DNA of 64,000 nt from Candidatus Latescibacterota bacterium (lineage in GTDB: Bacteria; Latescibacterota; UBA2968; UBA8231). Shown one piece after another: positions 27,771-37,600 of the stretch. Under the pieces are notes generated by a model. The model worked only from the letters and a program-made list of their open reading frames with translations. It was not told where the DNA came from and did not search any database. Both the position numbers and the translations under genes were made by a program. The stretch's first letter is position 1; each line of letters begins with the position of its first letter. The stretch covers positions 1,952,001-2,016,000 of the forward strand of contig OZ241889.1 in NCBI GenBank assembly GCA_965203355.1, in the 5' to 3' direction.

Positions 27771-28592
27771 GTGAGTCGCGCACTAATGTGCATGGCCTTG
27801 TTGGCGCTGGGTTGCGGTCAACAGGCCTCAGGGCCGCCGAGCGCGCGCGGCGAGCGCGTTGTTGCGCCCACTGCGCCCGGCGAGGCTCCTACGCCCGTCG
27901 CTGAAACCGACCAAGCCGATCACGCCATGGTCCTCGTACCCGAAGGGCTCTTCGTGATGGGTTGGGACGCGGGCGACCCGGACGAGCGGCCGCCGCACCC
28001 GGTCTTTCTCTCCGCGTACTACATCGATCAGTTCGAGGTCACCATAGGCCGATACCGGCAGTGCGTGGAGGCCGGGGCCTGCGAAGAGCCAGCCTACGCG
28101 CCTAACTGCAACTGGGACAAAGAGATAGAAGACACGCATCCCATCAACTGCACGAACCGTCAACACGCGATCGACTATTGCGCGTGGGCGGGTCTGCGAC
28201 TGCCGACCGAGGCCGAGTGGGAGAAGGCCGCGCGCGGAACCGATGGGCGCGTGTATCCTTGGGGATACGAGTTGGCAGGAGACGAGGCCAACTTTCGCTT
28301 TATCGCCGGAGCGACCGAGCCGGTGGGCAGCCGTCCGGCTGGTGCGTCGCCATACGGGGCACACGACATGGCGGGCAACGTGTGGGAGTGGGTGTCCGAT
28401 TGGTACGGAGACCTGTACTATGCCGAGAGTCCACGCGATAATCCGCCGGGGCCGCTGCGCGGGGAGTTTGGAGTGCTGCGGGGCGGGTCGTGGTGGTTTG
28501 AAAAGGAGTCCCTGCCAGCGGCGAATCGGGAAGCCTATCATCCCCTGTTGACTGATATAGATATTGGGATCCGGTGTGCGCGGGATTTTTGA
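27771..28592 (+). CDS. FGE/SUMF1-domain lipoprotein
   Basis: Lipobox ALGC; F.MG, DE.P.H.V, FEVT, RLPTEAEWEKAARG, SPYG.HDMAGNVWEW, RGGSW, GIRCA. Confidence 0.9.
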   Translation: MSRALMCMALLALGCGQQASGPPSARGERVVAPTAPGEAPTPVAETDQADHAMVLVPEGLFVMGWDAGDPDERPPHPVFLSAYYIDQFEVTIGRYRQCVEAGACEEPAYAPNCNWDKEIEDTHPINCTNRQHAIDYCAWAGLRLPTEAEWEKAARGTDGRVYPWGYELAGDEANFRFIAGATEPVGSRPAGASPYGAHDMAGNVWEWVSDWYGDLYYAESPRDNPPGPLRGEFGVLRGGSWWFEKESLPAANREAYHPLLTDIDIGIRCARDF

Positions 28593-29361
28593 GCGCGCGA
28601 TCTTGCCGTTGCTGGTCGCGCTGGCAGGCTGTGGCAAGGCCCCGGTCGCGCCGGTCGTCTTGGCCGAGGGCGTTGTCATTGCGTCGTCAGCCGACATTGC
28701 GGCCCTGCGCGAAAAAGGCGGTGCTGCGTACATCATCGACGGCGACCTACAGATCGTCGGGAGCAGCTTAGTCGCGCTGACCGGTTTGGAAGGGCTGAGG
28801 CGCGTTGAGGGCAGCGTCGAAATTTGGTTTAACGACCGCTTGGCAAGCCTCGCGGGATTGGAGGGGCTTGAAAGCGTGGGCGCAGGGTTAGGCCCGGCAG
28901 ACGCATCGCCGCCCTTACCCACGCCGGTGGCTGGCAAAGCCGCGCACGTGGTGGAAGGGCTGTTGATCTTTGAAAATAGAGCACTGCGCTCGCTCAAAGG
29001 GCTGGAGAATTTGGCCTCTGTCAACGGGGGATTGGCACTCGTCCGCAATGAGTCGCTTACGTCCCTGACGGACATGCCGCATCTCGTGGCGATCGAAGGC
29101 AGCGTGGACATCTGGTTCAACGACGCGCTGCAAAGCCTAGCGGGCCTGCACTTGGCGCGGGTGCGGGACTTTTTGGAAGTCAGCGGCAACAGCGCACTGC
29201 AAAGCCTAGACGGGCTGGGCGGTGTCCGCCACGTGGGGGCGGATTTGATCATCAGCAACAACGCGCTACTGCCTCAATCCGAGGTGTGGGCCTTTGCCGA
29301 GCGAATGGTAGATGAGGGATTTGCCGGGGCGGTGGTGGTCGAGGGCAATCGGGGGGATTAA
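28576..29361 (+). CDS. Receptor L-domain / LRR-like lipoprotein
   Basis: Lipobox LAGC; repeats L.GLEGL..V.G.L.I..N..L.SL. Confidence 0.8.
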   Translation: MRGIFERAILPLLVALAGCGKAPVAPVVLAEGVVIASSADIAALREKGGAAYIIDGDLQIVGSSLVALTGLEGLRRVEGSVEIWFNDRLASLAGLEGLESVGAGLGPADASPPLPTPVAGKAAHVVEGLLIFENRALRSLKGLENLASVNGGLALVRNESLTSLTDMPHLVAIEGSVDIWFNDALQSLAGLHLARVRDFLEVSGNSALQSLDGLGGVRHVGADLIISNNALLPQSEVWAFAERMVDEGFAGAVVVEGNRGD

Positions 29362-30542
29362 TGGCCACTGGCTACTATGCGGATGCGGTGGTTGCGGGTG
29401 TCGGCGATGTAGAGATTGTCGTCCGCGTCCAATTCAATTCCATACGGGCGGTTCAGCCGCGCAGCCTGCGGGGGGCCGCCGTCGCCGCTGTCGCCGGATT
29501 GGCCGCATTGGCCCGCTACGGTGTGCATGGTACCGTCGAGGTCAATGCGGCGGATGCAGTGGTTGAAGGTGTCGGCGACAAAGACGCGCCCTTCCGAGTC
29601 AATGGCCACGTCGCAGGGCCAGTACAGAGAAACCGCGCGCGCGTCAGTCCCCCCTTCAGCATTCTCGGGTGCGGGGGAGAAGGTGGTGTAGTCGGCAATA
29701 GTGATGGGGTCGTTGCGCTGGCGGCATCTGGCGGCGGGATTCAAATCGTTACCGGCAATGGTCGTGATAATGCCCGTGGTCGCTTCCACCTTGCGGATGC
29801 GGTTGTTGCAGGTGTCGGCAAGGTAGAGGTTGCCGAATTCGTCGGTGGCGATGCGGCTCGTAGGCGGGGCGGCTTGGCTTACAGGTGCCCAGATTTGGGC
29901 TTGGTCCGCGGCCCCCCCATCGCCGGAAAAACCCGGTTCGCCCGTGCCGACGACCGTGCGTATGGTGCCGTCGAGGTCGACCATGCGGATGCGTTGGTTT
30001 TCCTGGTCGGAGATGTACATGCGTCCGAGCGGGTCGAAGGCGGTAGCGCTTGGCAGATTGATGGTCGCCTGTGCGGCGGGACCGTCGTCGCCGCTATAGG
30101 TCCGCTCGCCCGTGCCGCAGATCGGCTCGACATAGTCGGTGGCAAAGTCGTAGCGCAGGATCATGGAATTGTGCCAAGCCGAGAGTATCAGGCGTCCGAG
30201 TGGGTCAAAAGAGATGTGAGTGGGATGGTTGAGGCCGATCGCCCGCGCCCGGCCGGCCGGGGCATCGCCGAGTTCGCCGGTGCCGATCAGGGTGCTGATG
30301 CGGCCGTCGGCGACCACGCGGACGCGGTGGTTGTTCCAGTCGAGGATGTAGAGCCGCCCGTCGGGGCCGTAGGTCAGGTCTTGCGGCAGGTAGAAGAGCG
30401 CTTGACGCAACTCCGCTTCTTCCGGGCCTTTGCCGGCTTCGCCGGTGCCGGCAAAGGTTTCGATGCGTCCGTAGGGACCGCTAGGGCCAGTAGGCGGTTC
30501 TCCGCAGGCGGATAGGATGAGTAAGAGGGCTAGGTAGATCAT
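29358..30542 (-). CDS. NHL-repeat lipoprotein
   Basis: Lipobox LSAC; repeats GDGG.A..A.LN.P......G.LYIADT.NHRIR. Shares TTAA at 29358-29361 with the convergent gene's stop. Confidence 0.9.
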   Translation of the reverse strand: MIYLALLLILSACGEPPTGPSGPYGRIETFAGTGEAGKGPEEAELRQALFYLPQDLTYGPDGRLYILDWNNHRVRVVADGRISTLIGTGELGDAPAGRARAIGLNHPTHISFDPLGRLILSAWHNSMILRYDFATDYVEPICGTGERTYSGDDGPAAQATINLPSATAFDPLGRMYISDQENQRIRMVDLDGTIRTVVGTGEPGFSGDGGAADQAQIWAPVSQAAPPTSRIATDEFGNLYLADTCNNRIRKVEATTGIITTIAGNDLNPAARCRQRNDPITIADYTTFSPAPENAEGGTDARAVSLYWPCDVAIDSEGRVFVADTFNHCIRRIDLDGTMHTVAGQCGQSGDSGDGGPPQAARLNRPYGIELDADDNLYIADTRNHRIRIVASGH

Positions 30543-31708
30543 GGCAAGACGACGCGGCGGATGCGGTGGTTGTACGCGTCGGCAATGTAAAGCCGCCCCT
30601 GCGGGTCAAAGTCGAGTCCGGTCGGTCGGTTGAGGGCGGCGCGGCGGGCCGGGCCGCCATCGCCGGAAAACCCCGCCTCGCCGCTGCCGACAACGGTCTC
30701 AATAATGCCGGTCGCGAGGTCGAGGGCGCGGATGCGGTGGTTGAGTTCGTCGGCAATGTAAAGCCGCCCGTCGGGGCCAAAAACCAAGTCGCGCGGGTTG
30801 TTGAGGGCGGCGCGGCGGGCCGGCCCCCCGTCGCCGCTGCCATCGGGTGCGCCCGTCCCGGCCACGGTTTCGATCCGGTCCCGGTCGAAGTCAACGCGGC
30901 GGATGCGGTGGTTGAGGGCGTCGGCAATGTAGAGCCGCCCCTGCGGCCCAAAGACTAAGCTGCCCGCTGGCGGCGGATTGGCACCGGCTGGCAGATTCAG
31001 TTGCGCGTCGCGCGGCCGGCCGCCATCGCCAGCAAATCCGGCTTCACCGGTGCCGACGACCGTAGTGATAATGCCGTCCGGGGCTATTTTGCGCACCCGT
31101 TGGTTGCGCTGGTCGAGGATGTACAGCCCGCCGTCGGGGCCTAAGACCGTTTGCGGTGGCTGGCTCAGGAGCGCGTCGCGGGCGGGTCCGCCGTCGCCGG
31201 CAAACCCCGGACCGGCGCCGCAGATGACTTGGACAAGCCCGGTCTGCGGGTCGTAGAGGCGCAGCTTGTGATTGTGCCAAGCCGTCAGGAGCAGGGTGCC
31301 GTCGGCCAGCGGTAGGATGTGGGTCGGGTGGTTGAGGTGGACTTCAGTGCCGGGCGCGCCGGGCGGCCCTTGATCGGATTCGTCGTACGGACCATCGCCG
31401 ACGAAGTCCGTGCCGATGACGGTGACGAGCGTGCCTGCTGGGGTTGCGCGGCGCACGCGGTGGTTGTTCCAGTCGAGGAGGTAGGCGCCCGAGGGAGTGA
31501 AGGTGAGATCGACCGGCCAGTACAGCGACGAGGCCAGCAGCGGTTGGCCGTCGCCATTGAAGCCAGCTTCGCCCGTACCGGCCCAAGTGCAGATGGTGCC
31601 GGGTGCTTCTGTGCAGCGGGCTTGCGGGCTGCCATTCGGCCCGGTGCTGTTGGAACAAGCCGTCAGCAGCAGGGCGAGGAGAAAGGGTATGAAGCGGTCT
31701 ATTGACAT
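30539..31708 (-). CDS. NHL-repeat lipoprotein (tandem paralog)
   Basis: MSIDRFIPFLLALLLTAC lipobox; same NHL repeats plus shared LDWNNHRVR, LNHPTHI, AWHN; ATGA overlap with the downstream paralog. Confidence 0.9.
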   Translation of the reverse strand: MSIDRFIPFLLALLLTACSNSTGPNGSPQARCTEAPGTICTWAGTGEAGFNGDGQPLLASSLYWPVDLTFTPSGAYLLDWNNHRVRRATPAGTLVTVIGTDFVGDGPYDESDQGPPGAPGTEVHLNHPTHILPLADGTLLLTAWHNHKLRLYDPQTGLVQVICGAGPGFAGDGGPARDALLSQPPQTVLGPDGGLYILDQRNQRVRKIAPDGIITTVVGTGEAGFAGDGGRPRDAQLNLPAGANPPPAGSLVFGPQGRLYIADALNHRIRRVDFDRDRIETVAGTGAPDGSGDGGPARRAALNNPRDLVFGPDGRLYIADELNHRIRALDLATGIIETVVGSGEAGFSGDGGPARRAALNRPTGLDFDPQGRLYIADAYNHRIRRVVLP

Positions 31709-31773
31709 ACTAAGCAGTAAATATACAAAAAAATGAACGCTGTAAATCATCGCTTGGACAGCGGCGGTACAAC

Positions 31774-33678
31774 ATGACGCTGCGCTCGGCCTTGTTGGGC
31801 CTGGGGGTCGTAGTGGCCATTGTCGTGGGAGCGCCCTATTCGATTTGGATGGTGCGCTCTTCGGAGATTACGTGGTCGTATTTTCCAACGAGCGCTGGCT
31901 TTTGCTTTGTGGTAATTCTGCTGGCGAATGCGCTGGTGCGGTGGCTGCGGCCGGCCTGGGCGTTGCGGCCGGCCGAGTTGGCTATCATTGCGATCATGGG
32001 CTTGGCGGCGACCGGGATTCCGACCTTTATCGTCGGCACCTTGCTGGCGATTATTTCATCGCCGTATTACGGAGCGACCGCGGAAAACGACTGGGCGGGC
32101 AACATCCATCCCTACCTGCCCGATTGGGTCATTCCCCGCGCTGACGGCGATGCCATGCGTTGGTTCTACGAGGGGCTGCCCAAGGGCCAAGCCCTGCCGT
32201 TCGAGGTCTGGATCGGGCCGCTGTTTTGGCTGTTGAGTCTGATCCTGACTGTGTACTTCGCCTGCTTTTGCTTGGTCGTGATCTTCCGCCGCCAGTGGGT
32301 CGAGCACGAGCGGCTGGTTTTCCCGCTGATGGAAATGCCGAGGTTGCTAATCGACGACGACGGGCGGGCGATTGTGCGCTCCAAAGGGTTTTGGATTGGC
32401 GCGGCGATTCCATTGGCGATGATCCTGTTCAACATCATTGGCTCGTTCTACATCGGCTTTCCCAAGATCAACTTCAACCACGCCGTTAATCTGCAACTGA
32501 GCCGGGAATTTCCCACCATCAGTCTGATGCTTTACTTCCCGGTGATCGGCTTTATGTACTTGGTCAGCACCAGCGTTTCGTTCAGCATCGTGTTCTTTTA
32601 TTTGGTGGCTGTGGTGCAAGAGGGCATTACCAACCGCATCGGTTACGACGTGACGCGGCCCGACGCTTTCGTCTGGGGAATGCAGTCGCTTTCTTGGCAG
32701 GCGTGGGGCGGCTTTACGGCGATGGTGTTGTTGAGCTTGTGGATGGCGCGGGGGCATGTACTCGCTGTCGTGCGCCAAGCCTTGGGGGGACGCCGGACGA
32801 TAGATGACCGCGAGGAAATGGTTTCCTATCGCACGGCGGTTTGCGGATTCACGGCCGCGTTGGGGTACATGCTCGGCTGGCTGTGGCGGTCTGGGATGGA
32901 TCTCCACCTGGCCGCGCTTTTTGTCTTTGGCGTGTTGGTCGCCTACTACGGCATCACGCGCTTGGTGGTGCAGGCCGGGGTCTATTTTTTGACGCCGCCG
33001 GTGGGTGCTCAGGCTTTTGCTCTGGCGATAACCGGCACCGGGATCGGGGGGCACGGTTTAGTGGCGTTGGGGGTTTCCTATACTTGGTTCGGCGATGTGC
33101 AATCGCTTTTCATGCCCGCGGCCGCGCACGGCGCCCGGCTCGGTGAACTGTACCGGGTGCGCCGGTCCATGGCCTTGGCGCTGGGCCTTGCTGCGGTCGT
33201 CGGCTTCACTACTTGCCTCTATTTCGTCCTTTCGCTGTGCTACAAATACGGCGCGGGCAATTTTGGTTCTTGGTATTTTATCGCTGGTGGCGGTGCCGGC
33301 GGCATGGCGTACAACGGAGTGATCCGCCACTTTAACGATCCTTGGCCGACCGACTGGAACAAGCTGTCTTACTTTGGGATCGGCATGGTGGCGTACTCGA
33401 TTTTGGCCTTCCTCCAGTATCGCTTTCACTGGTGGCCGCTACACCCGGTGGGCATTGCGGTAGCCCCGCTGTGGATGACTCGACTCATTGCGTTTTCAGT
33501 CTTGCTGGCGTGGGTGGCTAAGAGCGCGATTATGCGCTATGGCGGGATCGCGGCCTACCGTCAGGCGCGGCCGTTTTTCATGGGGTTGATCGCCGGGTAT
33601 TTCTTGGGCGTTGGCATGTCGTATTTGGTGGATATTTTTTGGTTTATGGGCGAAGGGCATGCGTACTTTCACGGGTGA
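31774..33678 (+). CDS. Polytopic membrane protein, DUF6785/DUF6784-like (OPT-related)
   Basis: Many TMs; FYEG, W..PL, RRQWVEHERLVFPL, WWPLHPVG, K..I.RYGG...YR...PFF.GLI.G. Confidence 0.72.
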   Translation: MTLRSALLGLGVVVAIVVGAPYSIWMVRSSEITWSYFPTSAGFCFVVILLANALVRWLRPAWALRPAELAIIAIMGLAATGIPTFIVGTLLAIISSPYYGATAENDWAGNIHPYLPDWVIPRADGDAMRWFYEGLPKGQALPFEVWIGPLFWLLSLILTVYFACFCLVVIFRRQWVEHERLVFPLMEMPRLLIDDDGRAIVRSKGFWIGAAIPLAMILFNIIGSFYIGFPKINFNHAVNLQLSREFPTISLMLYFPVIGFMYLVSTSVSFSIVFFYLVAVVQEGITNRIGYDVTRPDAFVWGMQSLSWQAWGGFTAMVLLSLWMARGHVLAVVRQALGGRRTIDDREEMVSYRTAVCGFTAALGYMLGWLWRSGMDLHLAALFVFGVLVAYYGITRLVVQAGVYFLTPPVGAQAFALAITGTGIGGHGLVALGVSYTWFGDVQSLFMPAAAHGARLGELYRVRRSMALALGLAAVVGFTTCLYFVLSLCYKYGAGNFGSWYFIAGGGAGGMAYNGVIRHFNDPWPTDWNKLSYFGIGMVAYSILAFLQYRFHWWPLHPVGIAVAPLWMTRLIAFSVLLAWVAKSAIMRYGGIAAYRQARPFFMGLIAGYFLGVGMSYLVDIFWFMGEGHAYFHG

Positions 33679-33781
33679 GGGGGTACTTGCGAGTTGCTAA
33701 ATGGTTCCTTACGCTTTCGCTCAGTACGCGAAAAGCGCACGTGGGAAGCAATATCCTGAAATCGACGAAAAGGAGCGGAAC

Positions 33782-34558
33782 ATGAGCAGACTTCAAGTTT
33801 ATTTATCTTTCTTAGTAACGGCTTTTGTTTTTGTAAGCTACGCAGAGTCAGAGGATGCGGCGTCCGCGCCCGCGCAGACCGAGTGGGGATACGGTGCCGA
33901 GAACGGACCAGCCGTTTGGGGGCGGCTCAGCCCAGAGTATGTCCTTTGTGCGGAGGGAACAGCGCAATCGCCGATCGACCTAGTAAATCCTACGTCGGCA
34001 GAGCTTCCTGCCATCGCCTTCAACTACCAGTCCACAGATCTGCACATCCACCACAATGGACACGCAATTGAAGTGGCATCCTCGGGTGTAAACTGGATTG
34101 AAGTGGATAGTACGCGGTATGAACTCCGGCAATTCCATTTCCACGCCCCGAGCGAGCACACCTTAGCAGGCCAATCGTCTGCCATGGAGATGCACCTCGT
34201 CCACCAAAGTGAGGACGGCGCGTTGGCGGTCCTTGGGGTGCTCATTGAGCGCGGTAGTGAACAGGCCGCGTTCAAACCGCTGCTGTCGCATTTGCCAAGT
34301 GCTCCAAGCGAAATGCAACGTGTTGAGCAGGTGAATGCAGGCGATTTGTTACCGGCTGCGAGGTCCTCCTATCGCTACAATGGCTCGTTGACTACGCCGC
34401 CTTGTTCGCAAGGCGTCCAATGGTTGGTGCTGACGACGCCCATTGAATTGTCTGAAGCGCAAATCGCCGCGTTTGTCGCTGTCGTCAATGGCAACAATCG
34501 GCCGGTACAGCCGCTGAATGGGCGCGAACTTTTTACGGATGGTTCTGCCAGTCAGTAG
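33782..34558 (+). CDS. cah: Periplasmic alpha-carbonic anhydrase
   Basis: AAGGAG RBS, signal peptide, WGY...GP..W, QSPID, NGH, QFHFH.PSEH, EMHLVH, Y.GSLTTPPC, NNRPVQPLNGR. Confidence 0.95.
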   Translation: MSRLQVYLSFLVTAFVFVSYAESEDAASAPAQTEWGYGAENGPAVWGRLSPEYVLCAEGTAQSPIDLVNPTSAELPAIAFNYQSTDLHIHHNGHAIEVASSGVNWIEVDSTRYELRQFHFHAPSEHTLAGQSSAMEMHLVHQSEDGALAVLGVLIERGSEQAAFKPLLSHLPSAPSEMQRVEQVNAGDLLPAARSSYRYNGSLTTPPCSQGVQWLVLTTPIELSEAQIAAFVAVVNGNNRPVQPLNGRELFTDGSASQ

Positions 34559-34674
34559 AATTGCCCATTGATCGATGGACGGATAGCGGCCCTGGCAAAA
34601 AGCCCGCCGGTCTTATTGGGCTTTTACCCTATCTTGACAGCCGCTCGTCCCATTCCACAGACAAAGCGAATCTC

Positions 34675-37600
34675 ATGGCCAAACCCAAACTACTCAATGC
34701 GCTTTTCTTGCTGTTTGCCGCTGCCATGATTGCGGTCGTCGGCTTCGGCGATCCGGGCGCGGTCAATCGCGCGGTCAACGATTTCTTCGGCTGGGCACCC
34801 AACCCGCCCGTAGAGGCGCGGATGGTAGAACCCGCGCAAGCGGCCGCGCTGCGCGCCTTGGTCGCCGACATAGACGAAGCGGAGATTGCGGCTGAGATTG
34901 CGCGCTTTGCTGCTTTTGGCTCGCGCGTACCGGGGTATGCCGGGGAACGGCAGGCCCGCGACTACGTGCGCCAGCGGTTTGAGGCGCTGGGGCTGGAGGA
35001 CGTGCAGAGCGAGGCATTTAAGGTGGCCGTGCCCATTGATCGCGGCGGCGAGTTAGTGGTGCAAGGCGGCGACAGCAAGCGGCTCTACAGCCTGTGGCCC
35101 AACAGCGTACGCACGCCCTCGCTGGGGCCGGACGGCGTGCGCGGCCCCCTGATCTACGGCGGCCAAGGTGCGCTCGAAGCATTGGACGGCCAGCGCGTGG
35201 AGGGCAGCGTGGTGCTGTTGGATTTTGCCAGCGGCCAAAACTACCTCCATGCCGCATCGCTGGGCGCCAAGGCCATCGTCTTTTTCGACAACGGCGGCGT
35301 CAACCGCGAGCAGGCCGCGGACAAGTTCCTCAAGGTGCCGGTCGACATCCCGCGATTTTGGCTTGAGCGACAAGATGCGCTCGACTTGCTGGCGCGCTGG
35401 CGAGATGGGCCGGTTGCCGTCCACTTGAATGCTCGGATGGATTGGGAAGGGGTGGAGGCGCACAACGTGTATGGGTACCTGCCCGGATCGCCCGAGATGC
35501 TGCCGGCCAAGAGCCGCGAAAAGCCACAGGCGTGGCGCGATCAAACCATCGTCGTCCAAGCCTATTACGACGCGATCTCGGTGGTGCCGGCCCTCGCGCC
35601 CGGCGCGGAAAACGCGGCCGGGATCGTGGCCTTGCTCCAGCTAGTGGAACTGCTCAAAGCATATCGCCCGCACTACTCGGTGCTTTTTTTGGCGACCTCC
35701 GGGCACTTTGAGGGCCTGTCTGGGATCAACGATTTCCTCTACCGCCACAGCCGCCGCAGCGACTATTTCCGCGAACGCATGAGCGAAGCCGAGCGCATCG
35801 ACTTCGACCTGATGTTATCGCTGGATCTGTCGAGCCACGCCGCCGGTACGGTCAGCTTTGGCATGGGCACTTTTTACAATCCCAAGTGGCGCACCGACAA
35901 CTACATCAAATACATGTTGACGCCCTATTCCAAGCGGCTGAGCCTGGCGGTCGAAGAAACGTTTGGCGACACCACGCGCCACTACGAGGGCCTGGCCCCG
36001 CCCAAGCGCACGTGGAAAAACTTCATGCCCATTCCGCTCGCTTTTGCCAGCGAGGCCGCGGCTTTCGTCGGCCAGAAAGCCCTCGCCCTGGCCACGGCCA
36101 ACGACGCGCGCGAGCGGATCGACACGCCGCTCGATTTGCCAGAAGCCGTGGACGCGCAAAACCTCACTCGGCAGATCCAGACGCTGGGGGCCATGGTGGC
36201 GTGGGCTGGCCGAGACGCCGCGCTGCTCAAGCCGACCAAACTGGAGCTGGAGGACTACGGCCACAGTTTGGCAGGTGCGATCTATTGGTTTGACCGCGAC
36301 GTCAATTTTGCCGTGCCCAAAAAGCCCGTGCCGCAAGCCCTCGTGACCTATCAACAGCTCGGCCCGAACTCGGTCGGCGGGGTGCGCACCTTGATCGCCC
36401 AAGAGGCCGACGACGCGGGTCGCTTTCGCTTTGACATCATGCGCAACCGATTGAGCAACGCCATCCGCGCGTACGAACTCAGTCCCCACGGTGAAATCAT
36501 CTCGGCACCGGACCTGGGCCAAGAGGGCGACGAGACGTACCCGACTGTGCATCCGTGGGGCTGGTGGGAAAACGAGATGCTGCAAGTGCTCTTCAAATGC
36601 CGGGCACTGAGTTTGTTTGAGACGGTTGACTCGCGCTACCTGTCGGTTTTGGATCACGTGACCGTGCTCGACGAGCGCGACGGCGTGCCGCAGTCGTGGG
36701 GAGCCGACTTTGTCGAAAGGCAGAGCCATGAGGAGAGCAAGGTAACGCTCGCGGCGGTGGTGTACGCCCAGCCCGGCACTCAGGTCAAAGCGCTGATGAG
36801 TACGAGCCTCTTCGGCGTGCGCTACCTGCTGAGCGGTGCGCCCGCCGCCTGGGTGGCTGATCCGGTGCGCCCAGCCGACGTGGATGCGGCGACGATGAAG
36901 CAAGCGCTCGGGCGCGGCTATCCCGTGGATCGAGGGGTGGTGCTGCGTCCTGGGTATGCGGCCGCGCGCGACATGTGGGTCCTCGACGACGTGCGGATCA
37001 AGCAGTTGGCGCGCTACGGGGTGCGCAACGACAAGTTCATGCGTCTGCACGAAGAGGCGCGCTTGGCCCTGTTGGAGGCCGAAGAGCACTTGCAGGCGCG
37101 GCGCTACAGCGAGTTCAAGCGGGCCACGCGCAAGGCGTGGGGCCTTGAAGGGCGGGGCTACCCAGACATCAAATCGACGGCGGACGACACGGTCTATGGG
37201 GTCATTTTCTACTTCGCGCTGCTACTGCCGTTTTCGTTTTGCTGCGAGCGGTTGTTTTTCGGCTTTGCCGACATTCGCCGTCAGGTGGCCGGCGCGGCGT
37301 TTTTCTTTTTGGCGATTTTCCTCATCATGCGCGTCATCCATCCGGCCTTTAAGCTGAGTTCGTCGCCGTACATCATCTTTTTGGCCTTTGTCATCTTTGC
37401 GATTGGCGGCACGGCCTTGCTGATGATCTTAGGTCGCTTTACCCGCGCTGTCGGCCAGCGCAAGCGGGCGGCGGCGGGCGTCCACGAAGCGGACATCGGT
37501 CGTCTCAGCGCCACGGCCGCGGCCGCGTCGTTGGGCATTTCCAATCTCCGCAAGCGCAAGCTGCGCACCGCGCTGACGGTCGTCACGCTGACGCTGTTGA

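Noticed and set aside
27771-28592. FGE/CLec-fold gene as a diversity-generating retroelement target
   Set aside because: No reverse transcriptase and no template-repeat copy of its 3' end found in the window.
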